Translations under genes and position numbers: made by a program
Part shown: in pieces, positions 16,485-23,821 of the stretch
How positions within the stretch are numbered: position 1 is the stretch's first letter
Layout of the letters: each line of letters starts with the position of its first letter
Assembly: GCA_002347565.1 (NCBI GenBank)
Contig: DDXR01000054.1
Span: 1-30,718, forward strand
Length of the DNA stretch: 30,718 nt
Origin: a bacterium UBP2_UBA2255
Lineage (GTDB): Bacteria > Edwardsbacteria > AC1 > EtOH8
Direction of reading: 5' to 3'
The notes under the pieces: generated by a model
The model's input: only the letters and a program-made list of their open reading frames with translations
What the model was told of the DNA's origin: nothing
Databases searched by the model: none

Positions 16485-17291
16485 ATGAAGAAGACGACCC
16501 TGATCCTGGCCGCCGTGGCGGCGGCCGCGTCCCTGCTGGCGGCCGAGGACATCGCCGGCATCCGCGCCCAGCTGCAGGCCAAGTACGCCAAGTTCGACAA
16601 GCTGGTCCGCGACCTGAAGATGGACATGGACGTAAGCACGGCGGTGTCCGAGGAGAAGGGCAAGAAGGGCGCCAGGGACGGCGGGGAGTCGATGACCTCG
16701 GTCAACACCATGTACTACAAGGAGCCCAAGTTCCGGATGGACTCCAAGATGAGCATGGGGAAGGGCGAGATGACCACCACGGTGATCTTCGACGGAACCG
16801 ATATGTGGCTGATCAGCATGATGGGCTCCCACAAGCTGGCCGCCAAGGACCAGGCCAAGTACGCCAAGGACCGCAGCTGGAAGTGGTGGACCTACCTGAC
16901 GGAGGGCGGCAGCGTCACCGGCAGCGAGGAAGTGGGCGGCCGCGACTGCTGGGTGATCGAGTTCGCCCAGCCCAAGGAGAAGGACGCCGCCCGGCCGCCA
17001 TTCTCGAAACTATGGCTGGACAAGGAGAAGCTGGTGCAGGTCAAGGCGGAATTCCCGATCGACAAGGGCAAGACCGGGATGGCGCTGTACTCCGACGTCC
17101 GCCCGGCCATCGGCAAGATGGAGCTGCCGCACAAGACCGAGATGTACGCCGACGGCAAGCTGGCGATGACGTCCGTCATCAGGTCGATCGAGTACAACAA
17201 GGGCGTCGCCGACGACCTGTTCGACGCCAAGAAGGCCAAGGGCCAGGGCCAGGGCTTCGGCGACCTGCTCAAGGGGATGGGCGGGCAGTAG
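16485..17291 (+). CDS. Periplasmic LolA-like / outer-membrane-lipoprotein-sorting-protein family protein
   Basis: ATG at 16485 within the 3' part of track ORF 14487..17291. Signal peptide 'MKKTTLILAAVAAAASLLAAED'. Lys-rich composition that differs from the Arg/Gly-rich upstream part of that ORF. RBS-like AAAAGGAAAG. Confidence 0.5.
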   Translation: MKKTTLILAAVAAAASLLAAEDIAGIRAQLQAKYAKFDKLVRDLKMDMDVSTAVSEEKGKKGARDGGESMTSVNTMYYKEPKFRMDSKMSMGKGEMTTTVIFDGTDMWLISMMGSHKLAAKDQAKYAKDRSWKWWTYLTEGGSVTGSEEVGGRDCWVIEFAQPKEKDAARPPFSKLWLDKEKLVQVKAEFPIDKGKTGMALYSDVRPAIGKMELPHKTEMYADGKLAMTSVIRSIEYNKGVADDLFDAKKAKGQGQGFGDLLKGMGGQ

Positions 17292-17315
17292 TCATCTGGC
17301 TTCGATCAACGAGGA

Positions 17316-17343
17316 AAACGCCCGATCCGACGACCGGGCGTTT
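17316..17343. terminator. Bidirectional intrinsic terminator between convergent genes
   Basis: aaacgcccg-atccgacgac-cgggcgttt: a 9-bp stem flanked by an A-run on the left and a T-run on the right. Confidence 0.55.
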
Positions 17344-17364
17344 CACATTGCGTGCGCCACCGGC

Positions 17365-17853
17365 TCAGGAGCCGCGCTTGTAGCCGCCGCCCTGGCTGAC
17401 GACCCAGCGCGCGATGACGTACGCCAGCAGCGCGCTGACGATGGTCTGGACCACGAAAAGCACAAAGAACTTCGTCTTGGTGCTCATCCGGCCGGGCCGC
17501 CGGGGGGCGGGCGCCGGCGCGGCCGCCGGCAGCGAGTCGAGAACGTACTCCGGCATGATGGTGTCCATCGCCGGCGCCGGGGCGACGACTGGTTCGGCCG
17601 CTGGCGCGGGTTGCGGCGCCGGCTTGGCCGCCGGTTTGGCCGGGGTTTTGGACGGGATCTTCAGCTTCTGCCCGGCCTTGATCACGGCGGTGCGGGAGAG
17701 CCCGTTGGCCGCCAGGATGTCGGCGATCGGGACGTGGTAGCGCCGGGAAATTGCGGAGATGGTCTCGCCCCGCTTGACCACGTGGACGGTGCCGGCGGCC
17801 AGGGCCGCCGCGGCCAGCGCCAGCAGGGAGAAGATGATGAGCGACCGTTTCAT
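17365..17853 (-). CDS. LysM domain protein: signal peptide, Pro/Ala-rich linker and C-terminal TM anchor
   Basis: 'MKRSLIIFSLLALAAAALAAG' then 'HVVKRGETISAISRRYHVPIADILAANGL...AGQKLKIP' LysM. The internal Met is chosen as start; the track ORF extends to 17901. Confidence 0.7.
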   Translation of the reverse strand: MKRSLIIFSLLALAAAALAAGTVHVVKRGETISAISRRYHVPIADILAANGLSRTAVIKAGQKLKIPSKTPAKPAAKPAPQPAPAAEPVVAPAPAMDTIMPEYVLDSLPAAAPAPAPRRPGRMSTKTKFFVLFVVQTIVSALLAYVIARWVVSQGGGYKRGS

Positions 17854-17897
17854 GGGTGCGTGCCTTTCGTCTGGTATGCGATGCGCGCCGGGCGCGG

Positions 17898-19304
17898 TCA
17901 ACGGGCGGCCGGCTGGGCGGCATTGAGGGCGAACACCTCGCGCACGCAGGGGTGCGACAGCACGGCCGTGCGGTCGCGCTCGTCGAGGTCCCGGACGAAC
18001 CCGTCGACGGTCGCCACCGCCCGCTGCAGCACGGCGGCCGCCCGGCCGTGCTCACCGGCGTCGACCAGCAGCCGCGCCAGCAGCCCGCCGGCTTGGATCT
18101 CCAGTTCGGGGATGGAGTACGGCTCCTCGTCGTTGACCACGATCGGGCGGGAGAGGAGCTCCTCCATCAGCTCCCGGGCCCGCCGGCGGTCCCCGCCCGC
18201 GACGGCGTACAGCCGGGCGAGGACGATCGCGTGCCGCGGCGACAGCGGCTGGTCCAGCTCGTTGGCCAGGGTCTGGGCCGATTCCAGCTGGGCCGCCGCC
18301 TCGCCCTCGTCGCCCATGGCCAGGAACAGCCCGGCCAGGTCGAGCAACAGGCTGTACTCCTGCTCACGGCTCTTGATGCGGCGGGTGATGTCCAGCCCCT
18401 GCAGGAAGTGGTCGCGGGCACCGGCGAAGTCGCCGCGCGCCTGCAGGATCCGGCCGGTGCCGGCATGGGAAAAGATCAGGCCCAGCTGGTTGCCGACGGC
18501 CTGCGACAGCCCGAACGCCTGCCGGTACTGGTCGAGGGCGGCCTCGAGGTCGCCCAGGCTGAAGCGGATCTCGCCCAGGTTCTTGGCCGACACCGCCTGC
18601 CGGAACTGGTCGCCGCAGCGGCACGCCAGGTCCAGCGCCTGCAGCTGGAGCCCCAGCGCCGGGCGCATCCGGCCCTGGGCCTGGAGCACGCTGCTCATCT
18701 TGTTGTACAGCGACGCCAGTTTCACCGGGTCGCCGTGCGCCAGGCGGAGCTGCCGCTCGCTTTCCAGGTGGGCCAGGGCGGCCTCGAACGCGCCGTCGGC
18801 GGCCTCGATCAGCGCCATCAGGTGCAGCAGTTCGGCCCGGGCCTCCTCGATCCTGCGCCCGCTCTTGAGCGGCATGCTGCGGACCACCAGCTGGGCGCCC
18901 TCGCAGTAGTTGCGCGCCTTCTCCTGGTAGCCCTGGCGGTACGACATCCAAGCCAGGTCGTGGTAGACGTGGAACAGCTCGAGGGAATCGGGATGGTTGC
19001 CCAGCTTGACCATGGCCTCGCCCAGGAAATAGTAGGCCTTGTCGTACTCGCTCTGGCGCAGGTGGATCCAGCCCCGCCGCTGCAGGATCTGGGCCCGCTC
19101 GAAGTCGCTCTGGGTGAGCGGCTGGAGACGGGACAGCACGGCCAGGGCCTCAGTGTAGTGGCCCTTGTCGGCCAGGGCGCCGCACAGCGCGATGCCCGGT
19201 CCGAACTTGTCGCGGTCCGGGACCGACGCGAAATCGTCCAGCGAGCTTCGCAGTTCGGGCGGCAGCGGCGCCGGCTCGGATTGCGGGCGGGTCCTGTCCT
19301 TCAT
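17898..19304 (-). CDS. TPR-repeat protein (468 aa)
   Basis: Repetitive helical Ala/Leu-rich TPR-like units. ATG at 19304 is the first Met downstream of tRNA-His, with GGAGG 10 nt upstream. The track ORF's N-terminal extension runs through the tRNA and is rejected. Confidence 0.6.
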   Translation of the reverse strand: MKDRTRPQSEPAPLPPELRSSLDDFASVPDRDKFGPGIALCGALADKGHYTEALAVLSRLQPLTQSDFERAQILQRRGWIHLRQSEYDKAYYFLGEAMVKLGNHPDSLELFHVYHDLAWMSYRQGYQEKARNYCEGAQLVVRSMPLKSGRRIEEARAELLHLMALIEAADGAFEAALAHLESERQLRLAHGDPVKLASLYNKMSSVLQAQGRMRPALGLQLQALDLACRCGDQFRQAVSAKNLGEIRFSLGDLEAALDQYRQAFGLSQAVGNQLGLIFSHAGTGRILQARGDFAGARDHFLQGLDITRRIKSREQEYSLLLDLAGLFLAMGDEGEAAAQLESAQTLANELDQPLSPRHAIVLARLYAVAGGDRRRARELMEELLSRPIVVNDEEPYSIPELEIQAGGLLARLLVDAGEHGRAAAVLQRAVATVDGFVRDLDERDRTAVLSHPCVREVFALNAAQPAAR

Positions 19305-19308
19305 TGAG

Positions 19309-19329
19309 AAAAAGCCTCCGGGCGGAGGC
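19309..19329 (-). terminator. tRNA-His intrinsic terminator hairpin (GCCUCC-GCCC-GGAGGC + U5) whose 3' arm contains the SD of the downstream TPR gene
   Basis: Minus-strand sequence is gcctccgcccggaggcttttt. The GGAGG is the RBS for the ATG at 19304. Confidence 0.45.
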
Positions 19330-19345
19330 CGATGCATGGGCGTTG

Positions 19346-19421
19346 GGGTGGATAACGGGACTCGAACCCGCAACCTCCGGAGCCACAGTCCAGCGCTCTG
19401 ACCAATTGAGCTATATCCACC
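19346..19421 (-). tRNA. tRNA-His (anticodon GTG) with encoded G-1; CCA not encoded
   Basis: Minus-strand read: G-GTGGATA-TA-GCTC-AATTGGTCA-GAGC-G-CTGGA-CTGTGGC-TCCGG-AGGTT-GCGGG-TTCGAGT-CCCGT-TATCCAC-C. G-1 pairs with C73; T-loop is TTCGAGT; the anticodon loop carries GTG. Confidence 0.9.
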
Positions 19422-19431
19422 ATATGGTGCG

Positions 19432-19460
19432 ATTTTACCATTTGACGGTTTGTTTGTCAA
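19432..19460 (-). promoter_or_regulatory. Near-consensus sigma70 promoter for tRNA-His (TTGACA-N17-TAAAAT)
   Basis: Minus strand reads ttgacaaacaaaccgtcaaatggtaaaat, ending about 10 nt upstream of the tRNA 5' end. Confidence 0.6.
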
Positions 19461-19820
19461 TCCATTTTGCGGCCGCGGAAATCGTCACCGGTCGGCGCTA
19501 TCATTGCCCCGACTGAGCGATCAACCGGCAACGGGGGCGGCGGCCATGGCGCGCAAGATCTGTTTCATCCTGTTCCTCTACTATGCGGCCGGCACCTGCG
19601 CCGTGCAGGGCACCAGGGCGACCGCTGGCGAGGCGGCCCGCCGGGCCGCCCCGCCAGCGGTCCGGCGGGCCCGGGTGGTCGTCTGCACTGCGGCCGTCGA
19701 GTCCTGGCGGGCAGCGGAGAAGAAAACGGTCACCCCTCCGCGATACACTGTCAACCAGCCCGAGAGCCGGGCAGAACAACACAACAGACACAACTGTAGT
19801 TACACGAGGAGCGTGCGAAC

Positions 19821-20222
19821 ATGGAAGAAACCAAGAACAAGATCATGAGCTTTACCGACCTGATCGTCTGGCAGAAGGCGGTGGAGCTCTTCACGATGGT
19901 CACCGAGGACATCGAGAATTTCCCGGACCGGCGGGTGTCGCTGTCCCTGGCCAACCAGGTGGTACGCAGCGCCGGCGCCATCGGCGCCAACATCGCCGAG
20001 GGCCACGGCAAGGGCGGATCGGGCGGGTTCCGCTACCGGCTGAACGCGGCCCGCGGCTATGCCTGCGCCACCCAGGATTGGTACCACAAGATGGCCCGCC
20101 TCAACTACCTGCCGGAACCGGTGGTCAGGGCGCGGCTGGACCTGCTGGGGGAGATCGTGCGGATGCTGAACTCCCTGATTTCCAAGCTGGTCGCCCGCGA
20201 GAAGGACCGGGAACAGAAGTAA
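19821..20222 (+). CDS. Four-helix-bundle protein (23S rRNA-intervening-sequence protein / Avd-like family)
   Basis: 'FTDLIVWQKAVELF...IENFPDRRVSLSLANQVVRSAGAIGANIAEGHG' is a typical family signature. SD GAGGAG is 9 nt upstream. Confidence 0.65.
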   Translation: MEETKNKIMSFTDLIVWQKAVELFTMVTEDIENFPDRRVSLSLANQVVRSAGAIGANIAEGHGKGGSGGFRYRLNAARGYACATQDWYHKMARLNYLPEPVVRARLDLLGEIVRMLNSLISKLVAREKDREQK

Positions 20223-20264
20223 GACGCGCCCGCAGGCTCTCGGGCGCGGGGACAGTCCCCGGAA

Positions 20265-20292
20265 GGGAGGCCGCAGCGGCGGCCTCCCTTTT
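20265..20292 (+). terminator. Rho-independent terminator
   Basis: gggaggccgc-agcg-gcggcctccc followed by tttt: a 10-bp GC stem plus a T-tract. Confidence 0.7.
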
Positions 20293-20322
20293 CACGCGGG
20301 CGGGGCCGCCCCATGTTTTTCA

Positions 20323-20352
20323 TTGACTTTGCCAGGGGTTCGGTCGTATCAT
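20323..20352 (+). promoter_or_regulatory. Putative sigma70 promoter (TTGACT-N18-TATCAT) for the WYL regulator pair
   Basis: Located just after the terminator, about 70 nt upstream of the ATG at 20426. Confidence 0.35.
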
Positions 20353-20425
20353 TGCACCCGGACAGCCCGCAGCGGCGGCGATTCCGCCCGGACGGGCCCA
20401 ACCTTCGAACAGAACACAGCGACCG

Positions 20426-21478
20426 ATGGCACAATCGAAAACGACCAGGCTGCTCGACCTGATCGCCCTGTTGCTGGCCCGCACCGTGCCGGTGACCAAG
20501 GAAAGGATCCGGACCGGCATACCGGGGTACGGCGAGCTGGAGGGCGAATCGTTCGACCGCGTATTCGAGCGCGACAAGAACGAGTTGCGGACCCTGGGCA
20601 TCCCGCTCAAGGCCTACGCCATCGCCGACCGGGCCGAGGTCTCCGACCCCCGGGCCGCGGCCAGGCTGGGCAAGGAGTGCGGCTACCTGATCGACCGGGC
20701 GGAGTACTTCCTGCCCCAGCTCGATTTCTCGGTCGAGGAATGGGCCGCCATCTCGCTGGCCGGCCCGGCCGCCGCCCGCCTCAAGGACAAGGATCTGTCC
20801 GCCGCCCTGCACAGCCTGATGCAGAAGGTGCTGTGCCAGCGGCCGGCCGGGGCCGCCGCCCGGCCCGAGGTCGGGCTAGCCCCCGGACAGCGCGCCGATA
20901 CCGCGGCCGAGTCGGCCAACCTGGCCAAGTTGCAGGAGGCGGTTCGGGACAACATTCGCTGCGAATTCACGTATTACACCATCAAACGGGACACGGCGGC
21001 CAAGCGGCAGGCCGATCCCTACGTCCTGGTCTACAACGGCGGCATCTGGTACCTGATCGGGCACTGCCACCTGCGCGGCGATGACCGCATGTTCAAGGTC
21101 TCCCGCATCAGCGGTCTGAAGCTGCTGCGGTCGGCCCCGCGCTTCACCATCCCCGGCGGATTCGACAAGAAGCAATTCCTGGGCCGCAAGGCATGGCAGT
21201 TCGCGGCCGGCCCGCCCCAGGAGGTCGTGCTGGAGGTGCCGCCCGAACACCGCTGGCTGGTCAAACACGAACTGCAGGACAGCGCGGTTTGGGACGACAA
21301 GAAGGGCATCGCCAGGATCATGGTGAGGAATCCCGATCCGTTCGTCCGTTGGGCCTGCGCCAACTGGGATCGGGCGCGGATCAATGCTCCCCGGGAGCTG
21401 GCGCGGCTGGTAGAGCAGCGGGTGGAGCGGACGCGCGCCCGCTACGCGCCGGCGGCGGGGACGGTGCGCCATGGCTAA
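20426..21478 (+). CDS. HTH + WYL domain transcriptional regulator (PafB-like)
   Basis: N-terminal 'RLLDLIALLLARTVPVTKERI' HTH. 'EFTYYTIKRD...DPYVLVYNGGIWYLIGHCHLRGDDRMFKVSRI' is a WYL domain. Confidence 0.75.
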   Translation: MAQSKTTRLLDLIALLLARTVPVTKERIRTGIPGYGELEGESFDRVFERDKNELRTLGIPLKAYAIADRAEVSDPRAAARLGKECGYLIDRAEYFLPQLDFSVEEWAAISLAGPAAARLKDKDLSAALHSLMQKVLCQRPAGAAARPEVGLAPGQRADTAAESANLAKLQEAVRDNIRCEFTYYTIKRDTAAKRQADPYVLVYNGGIWYLIGHCHLRGDDRMFKVSRISGLKLLRSAPRFTIPGGFDKKQFLGRKAWQFAAGPPQEVVLEVPPEHRWLVKHELQDSAVWDDKKGIARIMVRNPDPFVRWACANWDRARINAPRELARLVEQRVERTRARYAPAAGTVRHG

Positions 21479-22433
21479 GAGCGAGCGCGAGATCCAGCGC
21501 CTGCTGACGCTGCTGGCGTTCCTCAACCGGCAGCAGGGCCGCCCGGTCGATCAGGTCGCGGCCGAACTGGGAACGTCCACCAAGCAGCTGCTGCAGGACC
21601 TCGACCAGCTGTGCCTGTACGGCGTGCCGCCGTTCGGGCCGGACGACTACTTCCTGGCCACGGTGGACGAGGACAACCGGCTGGAGATGGCCTTCACCGA
21701 GCAGTTCAAGGCGCCGCTCCATCTGACGCCGCAGGAAGCCGTGGCGCTGCGGCTGGCGCTGCTGCCGCTGACGGGTGAGGCGGGCGGTTCCTACGGGCAG
21801 CTGATCGCCGGCATCCTGAGGAAGATCGACCGGGCGCTGCTGCCGCAGGACCGCCAGGCGGTCGACCAGCTGGACGAGGGCCTGGCGATCGCGCCAGCCG
21901 AGCGGGACACCGTCCCCCTGATGGAAACCCTGCGCCGGGCGCGCCGGGACCAGCGACGCGTGGAGATCACCTACTACAGCGGTTCGTCGGGCGAGGTCGG
22001 CCGGCGGCGCATCGACCCCTACGGCTTCGTGCTGTTCGGCGGGTCGTGGTACGCGGTGGCCTTCTGCCACAAGCAGGAGGCGATCCGCACCTTCCGCATC
22101 AGCCGGATCAAGGAAGCGTCGATTTCGACCGACGGGTACGGCATCCCGGACGATTTCGACATCGCCCAGTATGCCGGCGGCCATATCTTCAGGCCGACCG
22201 GCCGCGAGCAGGACGTCGAGTTGTGGTTCTCGCCCGCGGTGGCGCGCTGGATACTGGAGCGCAGCGCGCTGGCGAAGCGCAACAGGGACGGATCGGCGAC
22301 CATGGTGCTGAAGGCCAGCAATTTCGCATGGATCGCGCGCTGGATCCTGTACTATGGTCCCGAGGCCGAGATCGTCCGCCCGGCCGGGGCCCAGCAGGAA
22401 TTGCTGAAAATACTCGATTCGCCGTCACCATAG
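21471..22433 (+). CDS. HTH + WYL domain transcriptional regulator (PafC-like)
   Basis: 'IQRLLTLLAFLNRQQGRPV' HTH. 'VEITYYSGSSGEVGRRRIDPYGFVLFGGSWYAVAFCHKQEAIRTFRISRI' WYL domain. The 8-nt overlap with the upstream gene suggests translational coupling. Confidence 0.75.
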   Translation: MAKSEREIQRLLTLLAFLNRQQGRPVDQVAAELGTSTKQLLQDLDQLCLYGVPPFGPDDYFLATVDEDNRLEMAFTEQFKAPLHLTPQEAVALRLALLPLTGEAGGSYGQLIAGILRKIDRALLPQDRQAVDQLDEGLAIAPAERDTVPLMETLRRARRDQRRVEITYYSGSSGEVGRRRIDPYGFVLFGGSWYAVAFCHKQEAIRTFRISRIKEASISTDGYGIPDDFDIAQYAGGHIFRPTGREQDVELWFSPAVARWILERSALAKRNRDGSATMVLKASNFAWIARWILYYGPEAEIVRPAGAQQELLKILDSPSP

Positions 22434-22475
22434 ACCAGGATGGGGCCAATCCTGGGCAGCCGGCAGGCTGCCGGC

Positions 22476-22504
22476 GCACGGCCCGCCGTTTCGGCGGGCC
22501 GTGC
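22476..22504 (+). terminator. Strong GC hairpin after the WYL pair (possible terminator; no T-tract)
   Basis: gcacggcccgccg-ttt-cggcgggccgtgc, a 13-bp stem. Confidence 0.35.
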
Positions 22505-22526
22505 CGTCGCGGATGATAAAAACCTA

Positions 22527-22556
22527 TTGACTTTTGAATGTCTTATGGATTATAGT
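22527..22556 (+). promoter_or_regulatory. Putative sigma70 promoter (TTGACT-N18-TATAGT) placed for a leaderless/near-leaderless HD-GYP transcript
   Basis: AT-rich island. The -10 ends 8 nt before the ATG at 22565, and no SD is present. Confidence 0.35.
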
Positions 22557-22564
22557 TATCGTAC

Positions 22565-23821
22565 ATGGAGACATCCGAGCCGAGAACCATCCTGTCCGCG
22601 GAAAAGCTGAAGTCACTGTTGATCGCGATCTGCGGACCGTTGGGTTTTTCCCTGTCGTTCCTGCCGATCGACGCGGACAACGGGTCCCCGGCGGTGATCG
22701 TATTGCCCGATTTCGGCCTGGCCGTGGCCATCAGCGGACCGGCGACGCGGCGCGCCGAGATCGAGGCCGTAGTGCTGCGGGTCGCGGGCGAGATCGCCGA
22801 ACAGGAGCGGGAGGCCTCGTCCCTGGCCGAGGAGATCATGTTGCGGTACGAGCAGCTGTCGATGCTGTTCGGCATGAGCGAGCGGCTGGGCGGGGCCAAG
22901 GACAACCCCAGCCGGATGCGGGCCATCCTGGACACCGCGGCCGAGGCGGTCGGCGCCGAGCAGGGCTGCCTGGTGGTCAACGGCCGCGACGTCTGCGTCT
23001 CCGGCGGCGGGTCCGACGCCGCCGGCCTGCGCGATCTGGCACGGCGGGCGATCGAGCAGATGAAGCCCCTGGTCGATGAGCGGCGCCACCTGGCCCTGCC
23101 GCTGTCGGCCGACGGGGTCACCATCATGGGCGGCTTGGCGCTGGGCCCCAAGCGGCGCGGCTCCTACCGGTCCGGCGATCTCAAGCTGCTGGGGACGCTG
23201 GCTGCCTACTCGTCGCTGTTGCTCGAGAGCGGACGGCTGTACGAGGACCTGGAGCAGCTGTTCTTCAGCACCGTCCAGAGCATGGTGGAGGCGGTGGACG
23301 CCAAGGACCCGCGGACGGCAGGCCATTCGCAGCGGGTGCGCCGGATCTCGGCCCGGATCGCCGAGCAGATCGGGTTGCTGCCGCCCCAGGTCAAGCGGCT
23401 GGAGCTGGCCGCCCTGCTCCACGACGTCGGCAAGATCGGCCTGCCGGACCTGATCCTCAACAACGTCAATCCCAGGCTAACGCCAGAGCAGTGGGAGCTG
23501 GTCAAGCTCCATCCCCAGATCGGCGTCTCGATCCTCTCGCACGTCAACCAGCTGTCCGACATCCTGCCGGCCATCGGGCAGCACCACGAGCGGTTCGACG
23601 GCACCGGGTATCCCAACGGCATCAGGGGGGGCGACATCTTCCATTTCGCCCGGATCATCGCCGTGGCCGACTCGTTCGACGCCATGACCATGGAGCGGAC
23701 CTACCGGCCCACTTTCACGCGGGAGCAGGCAGTGGCCGAGATCCGCGACAACGCCGGCACCCAGTTCGACCCGGACGTGGCGCGGGCATTCGTCAACACC
23801 GAGCAGGGACCCGATGCCTGA
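22565..23821 (+). CDS. GAF-domain HD-GYP c-di-GMP phosphodiesterase
   Basis: 'HSQRVRRISARIAEQIG', 'AALLHDVGKIGLPD', 'HHERFDGTGYPNGI' HD-GYP motifs. N-terminal ~220 aa is GAF-like. Confidence 0.85.
   Translation: METSEPRTILSAEKLKSLLIAICGPLGFSLSFLPIDADNGSPAVIVLPDFGLAVAISGPATRRAEIEAVVLRVAGEIAEQEREASSLAEEIMLRYEQLSMLFGMSERLGGAKDNPSRMRAILDTAAEAVGAEQGCLVVNGRDVCVSGGGSDAAGLRDLARRAIEQMKPLVDERRHLALPLSADGVTIMGGLALGPKRRGSYRSGDLKLLGTLAAYSSLLLESGRLYEDLEQLFFSTVQSMVEAVDAKDPRTAGHSQRVRRISARIAEQIGLLPPQVKRLELAALLHDVGKIGLPDLILNNVNPRLTPEQWELVKLHPQIGVSILSHVNQLSDILPAIGQHHERFDGTGYPNGIRGGDIFHFARIIAVADSFDAMTMERTYRPTFTREQAVAEIRDNAGTQFDPDVARAFVNTEQGPDA

Noticed and set aside
19450-19848. 132-aa plus-strand ORF in the tRNA-His / four-helix-bundle intergenic region, with a hydrophobic 'KICFILFLYYAAGTCA' stretch
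   Set aside because: It starts inside the tRNA promoter, overlaps the downstream gene start, has no lipobox or credible SD, and is Arg/Ala-rich. Treated as non-coding, though see the finding on this gap.
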